Below, in pieces: positions 56,465-64,000 of a stretch of 64,000 nucleotides of DNA (positions are counted from its first letter, which is position 1; every line of letters begins with the position of its first letter). Location: NCBI GenBank assembly GCA_951406725.2, contig OX597816.1, forward strand, positions 51,708,001 through 51,772,000. Reading direction: 5' to 3'. This DNA is from Octopus vulgaris (Eukaryota). The notes under the pieces were generated by a model. It was not told the origin of the DNA and did not search any database. It worked only from the letters and a program-made list of their open reading frames with translations. Both the position numbers and the translations under genes were made by a program.

Positions 56465-56468
<4 letters not shown>
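56281..56468 (+). mobile_element. Small fold-back pLTR-like fragment with two inverted hammerhead-like cores
   Basis: 56281-56313 and 56326-56358 are inverted copies of TTGATAA-GTGC nnnn GCAC-(G/A)AAA-cattcggacc; the element ends in (TA)n. Confidence 0.55.
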
Positions 56469-56990
<522 letters not shown>

Positions 56991-57438
56991 ATATATACAC
57001 CAAATTAAATGAATATACACGTTCATGCCTATGAATATTTTGCACTCACCTAACAGTGGAATAATATGAATATTTAGCGCATATTAGGAATGGGAATGCT
57101 ACTGTGCATTTGAAAACATATTCTTTGGACACGTACATACGTACATAGAGCTATGATAAGTAAATAAATACATAAATATGTTTCTTCGCAATTGTCTAAC
57201 ATATACAAGAAGAAGTGAATACACAGTTTTTACAGAATTTCTGCTTAACGCTTCTGTGAAACTAGAATAGGAAAATAATCCGATGATACATACTTACAAT
57301 GAATACAATCAAGAATAAATGAATAAAGCACAGACTCGCACATACACACACGCGCACATACAGAGACACATAAGTTATATATGTGTGCGTGCGTGTGCGT
57401 GTGTGTGTATGTATATATACATTCATAAATGTGTGCGG

Positions 57439-57523
<85 letters not shown>

Positions 57524-57528
57524 TATAT

Positions 57529-57571
<43 letters not shown>

Positions 57572-58404
57572 TATATATATATCCGCACACATTTATGAAT
57601 GTATATATGTTCTTGTTTTGTTCAGTGTGTGAAAAGATATTTATATATTTTATATGTTTGTTTTTTGTCCTTCCTGCCTATTATTATACATTTGTTTCCT
57701 CCTAGGTCACTATGAACATATACATATTCAGAGGTATGCATACTTGCATGTTTGGCTCGGTTTCACTTTCATTATTCTGGCACCTTTCATTCGAAAAATC
57801 TGAAGAAGTTGAAATAACTAGTTTATTTTCTTTCTTCATGTTAATGGAATATAAAGGAAAATAACTTGAGTAAGAAGTTCATTGTCCCCCGCTTTTTTCA
57901 TCTATCCAACAGATTTTGCTTTCTGTAACATTCTTTAAAAGCATATCTTAATGCATAGGCTCTTGTTTGTCTGTACGTTTGTGTCTGTATACATGCGCGC
58001 TGCTGTGTGTGCATATGTCTGAAACATCAAGTTATTTTAATCATTTATGTGAAATGACATGCGCGCGTTTCTAATTTTACGTTGACAATATAACATGTGT
58101 CTATCTATCTGCTTAAATGTGTGAGTATGTGTATGTGTGTGTACCTGTGCGTGTGTGCGTGTGTGTGTATGTATGTGTGTGTGTGTTAATACACATAGAT
58201 GCATGAATATATCAGCACACAAACGCTTCATGCTTAAGCAGACACGCACATATAGGTGTGTGTGAATATACATATCAATAGATATATGTATATGTACATG
58301 TAAAAGTGGTAATATGTAATATTTAATATGTATGTGTATTTATATATATATATGTCTGTGTGTGTGTATGAGTCCGTATGTATATGTATATATGTATGTA
58401 TATG

Positions 58405-58486
<82 letters not shown>

Positions 58487-58516
58487 TATACATATATATA
58501 CAGGGATATATATATA

Positions 58517-58569
<53 letters not shown>

Positions 58570-58987
58570 GTATGCATACATTCAAACACACAGTTTCTGT
58601 TGGGTTTTATTTAACATTGATTTGGCTGGGTGTAATTTTCCACTTTTTGTTTTTGCTAATTTTATTGCAGTCCTCATTTCATCTCTGTTCATTAAATCAT
58701 ATAATGTTTGCAAAATATAAAAAAAAACTATCCAAGTTTTGTAATTTATGAATTTATATCCACCATAATGTCTTAACCATAAATAGAAATCGCACTGAAA
58801 ATGTATACACTTTTCGAAAACGCTTCCTTCATCTCCAGTTCCTTTTCTTCAGATAAACTGTCCTCTTAAAAGAAATGTTTCATGTTTTGAATTTCAAACA
58901 CGCTCACGCACGCTCACACTCATATACATACATATGTGATCTCATGACTTTCTATTTATATTCATATACAAATGTCACATAGCTTGC

Positions 58988-59398
58988 GGATCTTTTCATT
59001 TTGAAAGCCAGATTTTCCTAGTTAACTAAACAATTTGAAACTTCGTATACTGGTAGAATGTGTCAAAAGAAAACGTAATTGTAAACCAAAATGAAAACGG
59101 AATTGTAATTTCTAAGTTTAACGTTGTTTAATAATTCGAATTTTAACCAATGATATTCTTTCTTTCGACTTCATATCATTTACTGCCTGTCAAAATATCG
59201 TTACTGTGACGTAAACAGCTATTTTGTGACGTAGTTAACGTAAACATAAAATGTAAACATCCGCTTATCGTAACTAAACACTTTCAAACTTCGTGGAGTA
59301 TATATAAAATGTGTGCAGATCCTAAATAGCTAAATTCTTTTTGAAAGTCTTAGTATATATAAAATGAGTGTTTAAATTTTTTCCATTGTTTGCATTGC

Positions 59399-59451
<53 letters not shown>

Positions 59452-60270
59452 TACATACACACATACTAAAATTACATCATTGGAGCAGTAATTTATTTAT
59501 GTATTTTTTGTTATACAATTTATTTTTAAGCTGAATCCCTATCCTGCCATTAACCTCTTTCTTATAAAATAGTTGAAGAATCTGGGGTGTAGGAATTGGG
59601 CCAGTATTGGGACTTTTAACTTCTTGCTCTCTATCTTATGATCTCCGAAATTTAAGAATCTTGTGTTAACTGAGCTCTTATTATTTACTCTGACTCTGCC
59701 ACCACCTCAATGCAAAGACTATCAATATCAGAATCATCTTCACAACCACCCCTACAACCATTACTACAACCTCCAATGCCACCACCACAACCATCTTCTG
59801 CAACCACAACCCCAAGATCAATACCAGCATCATATTGAAAATCACCAATTTCACCACCACTACACTCTGCAATGTATTCAACACTACCATCCATGAGACA
59901 TCCTAACATAATCAATGCTACTACTACTATCATCATCATTATCATCATCATCCACTGCCGCGACCACCACCACCACTGTCATGATAACCATATCTACCAC
60001 AGCTGTTTGCTTACTGCTTACCCACTCACAAAATAGCTGTCTACGTCACAGTAACACTATGCAGCTAATAATTTCAAATGAGAACAGACAATACGATTGG
60101 TTAAAATTCGCAGATTTAAACTACGTTTAAACTTATAAAATACATTTTTGTCAAACAAACTAGTTGAAATTATTGTTTTCTTTTAACACATTCTACCAGT
60201 ATACGAAGTTTCAAATTATTTAGTTAACTAGAAAAATCTGAAAAATCTGGATTTCAAAATGAAAAGATCC
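58988..60270. mobile_element. Non-autonomous TIR DNA transposon with 8-bp TSD, Merlin-like
   Basis: ~90-bp TIRs GGATCTTTTCATTTTGAAA... / ...TTTCAAAATGAAAAGATCC; TAGCTTGC is duplicated at 58980-58987 and 60271-60278. Confidence 0.85.
59690..59990. repeat. Degenerate CAC/CAT/CAA trinucleotide low-complexity tract
   Basis: Direct reading; lies inside the TIR element. Confidence 0.85.
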
Positions 60271-60712
60271 TAGCTTGCTAGAGGCAATGGCCTCCTGGAG
60301 CTAATCAACGGCAGCATTCATCCTATTTTTCTGGACTGCCATGTTAGCTTGGCGATAACTATTACTATTCAGTACCGCTGCCGTAGTCTCCTTTAGAGAG
60401 GCTTAGAAATATAAATATTTTTATTTTTGAAAACCAGTGGATGTATTACACTGAATTTAGGTAAATAATCCTTCGAACAGACGGTTAGTAGTGACACCTG
60501 CTTGGTTCGGCTGCTCTACATTGATAAGGAGCAAATACCCTGAAACTAGACTGTAGATGCCAGACCGGCAAGGGGGAGCAGCTGACCTCCCCTGTTCAAA
60601 GGTTATAATGGACACAGGTTCGTGTGTCACATAGCTAGCTAGAGGCGATGGCCTCTTGTAACTAATCAATGTCCTATTTTTCTGGACTGCCATGTTAGCT
60701 TGATAACTATTA
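60271..60712 (+). mobile_element. Second copy of the ~361-bp retrozyme-like tandem element
   Basis: ctagaggc(a/g)atggcctc at 60278 and 60639 (period 361); homologous to the reverse complement of 999-1548. Confidence 0.85.
60515..60557 (+). ncRNA. Hammerhead motif, U3-A8 core, partly decayed
   Basis: TCTACA-TTGATAA-ggag caaata ccct-GAAA-CTAG-aC-TGTAGA. Stem I is intact; stem II and U16.1 are mutated. Confidence 0.7.
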
Positions 60713-61791
60713 ATATGTGTGTGTGTGTGTATGTGTGTATGTGTGCGTATATGTATGTATATGTGTATGTGTGGGTGTGTGGTTGTGTGTATGTTTGTGA
60801 GTGCTATGTGAGGTTTAATAAAATGAGAAAGGAAGGGATGATAGATGAATAAGGAAGGGAGGGGTTATGGCAAACTGGCAGTGGGATCGTTTCAATTCTG
60901 TGTGAATATATGTGTGCGTATGTAAAAGGGAGGTATGCGTGGGTGTCTAACAATGCCCCCACTCCGCCCACTGATAATGGAAGAGGCAGCGAATGTACTG
61001 ATTGGCAGAAAATTCTGTAAATTATCAGACTTTGAACACCTGTAACATTTTTGCAGTTTTTCTGGAATAAATTGAATAAATTCGGATTCAGCCTCAAAAA
61101 TTACATCTATACGAGACATTGAAAAATCTTTTTAAAGATAATATAATGGTAAACAGTGATGAAAATCACAAAGATCCGAACAGATTGAAGTAAAATGAAA
61201 ACCAATGTTATGCTCAAAAACATAATGCATGGCCTAGTCAAGGAATCGAAACCACAATCTTACTATCATGACTGCAACATCGTAACCATTAAGTTATGCG
61301 CCCTCCACATTCAGTAGCAATAGCTATATATTTTACAACGGAAGAGTAAATCTAGAGGAAATTGGTGTTTCGAGAATTGTGTTTCTTTCCTTGTTACATA
61401 TGCTCTGTTAACTTGCATTTCTCCCGAGACTTAAAGATACAAGATAATAAGAGTATACTTGAATATACATTCTCTGGGAAACCTATTTACGTTGAAGGTA
61501 CATAAATGTTTGTATGTGAACTCAATTCAATGAAACCATATATAAAGAATAAAAGACAAACGATTGCAGCTGTTATATTTGTATATATTTATACATGGTG
61601 TATATATTATTAATGTATGTACATTTATGAAAATGACAATTGTTGCCATTCATAAATATAAATTGCAATTAAAATATACATTATCCTATGTAAGTACAAG
61701 ACTTCTAGCTTCAATTTCTAATTTGAACTACACTGGAACACAATAGCAGGCAACCAGTTGATAGAGACTGATTCGAATGCAAATAATCTGA

Positions 61792-62248
61792 CTATATATA
61801 TATATATATAAAGCTGAAATGCGAAAAAGTTATTTGATTTCTTGGTTATTTGTCTCATTTTGGGATGGGAACGGTAGATGGGGTCGGATTCGCGCCAGAA
61901 TTTACACTGGGGGGTAAAATGGGGTGGGCAATCGTGTGAGGAGAGTTGCAATCGCTCGGGGCTACCGTTTGGTTTCCATGGTGAGGAATATGGGAAAAAT
62001 TGAGTTTTATAGGATAGGCAGATTGCCATGTTTTATGGTGGCTTTTCGTGTTGCTGCAGGGGCTAGAGGGGGTTATCTTTAATTGTGGGAGTAAAAATTT
62101 GAGGGATTTTGGAAAGGGGGGTAAAGAAGAAGGCAATAAAAAGAATCAAGCAAAGAAGACGAACAAAAGAAGAAAGGGAAAAGGTGACAACACACACAAA
62201 ACAACACCACCGCCAAAAGCCGAGCGAAGCACGGGTCAGAATAGCTAG
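61792..62248 (+). mobile_element. Non-autonomous Helitron-like element
   Basis: 5' ctata...taaagctgaaat; 3' hairpin CCG agcgaagca CGG followed by CTAG|T. Confidence 0.65.
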
Positions 62249-62258
62249 TCTATATATA

Positions 62259-63050
62259 TAACGGAACAAGAACGTAACGGATGACAATGAAAGCATACGG
62301 ACAGAAGGACGATACAAAGACGGACAGGAAAACTAGGACGGAACATTCGTGACTTTCAGTCCTTCAGTCAAGCTTCCAATAATCATTACAATTTCGACCT
62401 GTTACACTTGAGACTGTTCAAAATTAGTAGGCCCCAAAAATCTAAGCTAAGAGCATTACATTTTTGGAAGAAAGCGAGCGAATATGTGCGACAACACGAG
62501 CAGAAAAAAGTGAAAACGGAGAAAATGTTACACGATTACAAATACAAACAGCTACAATAATAACAGTTGTCTTTCGACTAAAAGGACAAGGTAAGTTAAG
62601 CTGGCGTGTGAGGTGGAAGCCTTGTGGCAAAGAACATATATGAAAGACAGGAGAGAGGAAAATAAGGTGTTGAGCGAGCAGTGGTCAGGCCAAGAAAGAA
62701 AGATAAAGCTTGGCCGAGCACCGATCACGTGGAAGGAAAAAAGAGAGGTAGGGAAAAGAAAGATTGAAGAATTTGGAAATGAACGAAAGAGAGAGGGGGA
62801 CGGAGGGAAAGGTACAAGGGGGACAACAGAGGAATTTAGAGCGGTTAAAGAAAGAATACCTAGAAATGTGAAAGAGGGAGAGCAAGAAAAAGTAAAATGG
62901 AAAGAAAGAGCATGTCAAGAAAGTGAGAGAGGGGAGCGAGAAGAAGAAAAGAAGAAAGAAAGAATAAGAAAGTCGTACAGAATTAGATATATATTTTCTT
63001 ACAAGCTGAGCTATATGTATATTCGAGGGTTGTATGAAAAGATTTGAGCG
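62259..63050 (-). mobile_element. Possible retroelement (PLE-like) 3' remnant
   Basis: Strongly strand-biased (T/C-rich on minus) block ending at a TA tract; no clean HHR or protein motif. Confidence 0.3.
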
Positions 63051-63555
63051 TATATAACAAAAGGTGTTTTCTATAACAAGATGTCTTAGTGTATATATGT
63101 TTCTGTGCGTCGCCATCAAATGATTTTGAAGAAAATATTCAACTGACCAGGATCCGATTTGCACTTTTTGACCGCTTAAAAATGTTTTGAGTAGGTTCCT
63201 ATGATAACTAAAACAAAAATGAATATATAGGCACACCGTTTAGGATATTTCCAAAACTAGGGAAATAAGTTTGATTGAATGGTTTATCGTCGCTCATGTA
63301 CTGAAGGAGTTTTGTTTTTATAAGTTAAACATATTTTGTTCTCAGAAAATGGCCGCCGCCTTCAGTGTGTTATGGTTATTACAACTGTTATTTGTACTGC
63401 TTTCTTGGCGTTGAAATTGTGTCTGTCGAGTTCTACAGTGATGGTAAGGTAGATGTATCTCAGGCTTGTAATTCTATTTCAGTTCACATACACAATGAGT
63501 GGTGTATACGCACACGCTAGCACACACTCACACACACACATATATATGTGTATAT

Positions 63556-63605
<50 letters not shown>

Positions 63606-64000
63606 GCGCACACAGATAATATATAAAGAGTTTACGTTAACTTGTTTGCTACTTTTGTAATCCGCCCGAAACTATTCGGTAGCCGCTAATCTTAGAAATG
63701 ATTTGAAGAGCTCATGTGAAGGCTCCTGACATCATCCAATGAGAAACAAATTCATTTGTGAAAGCACTGTGCTTCCCATTCGTCATCCGAAAGACAAACG
63801 TTCTTTTCAAGTCTAAGAGAAATGTTTGTACAATAATATATGTAAATGAAATAAGTAAACTACAAAATATACACCCGCATTGATATACACATATAAAAAT
63901 ATACATATGTTCATATTATATACATATAACTACATATGCATATGTATCATATATATACGTGTATGATATATATATGTGTGTGTGTCAATATACATATGTA

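Noticed and set aside
62613-63047. 144-aa Glu/Lys/Arg-rich ORF
   Set aside because: Purine-biased low-complexity sequence with no recognisable domain.

Overview
AT-rich, microsatellite-saturated, non-coding eukaryotic DNA. The SINE families and repeat landscape suggest a coleoid cephalopod, probably Octopus; this is inference from recalled repeat consensus sequences. No host protein-coding exon can be supported: the supplied ORFs are translations of simple repeats, SINEs or decayed transposons. The window holds three tRNA-derived SINE families, Tc1/mariner, Chapaev3-like and Merlin-like DNA transposon remnants, three Helitron-like elements, an old LINE relic, a possible solo LTR and one tRNA-Leu(TAA) gene with three non-consensus bases. 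The main signal is about 11 type I hammerhead ribozyme (HHR) loci, read by eye, in several unrelated short elements beside (TA)n or other simple tracts. Many carry the compensatory U3-A8 core (UUGANAA) and a tiny palindromic stem III. One family is a ~361-nt tandem, retrozyme-like unit present twice, with a third diverged relative. Several others are fold-back Penelope-like pLTR fragments whose inversion point lies at or inside the ribozyme.
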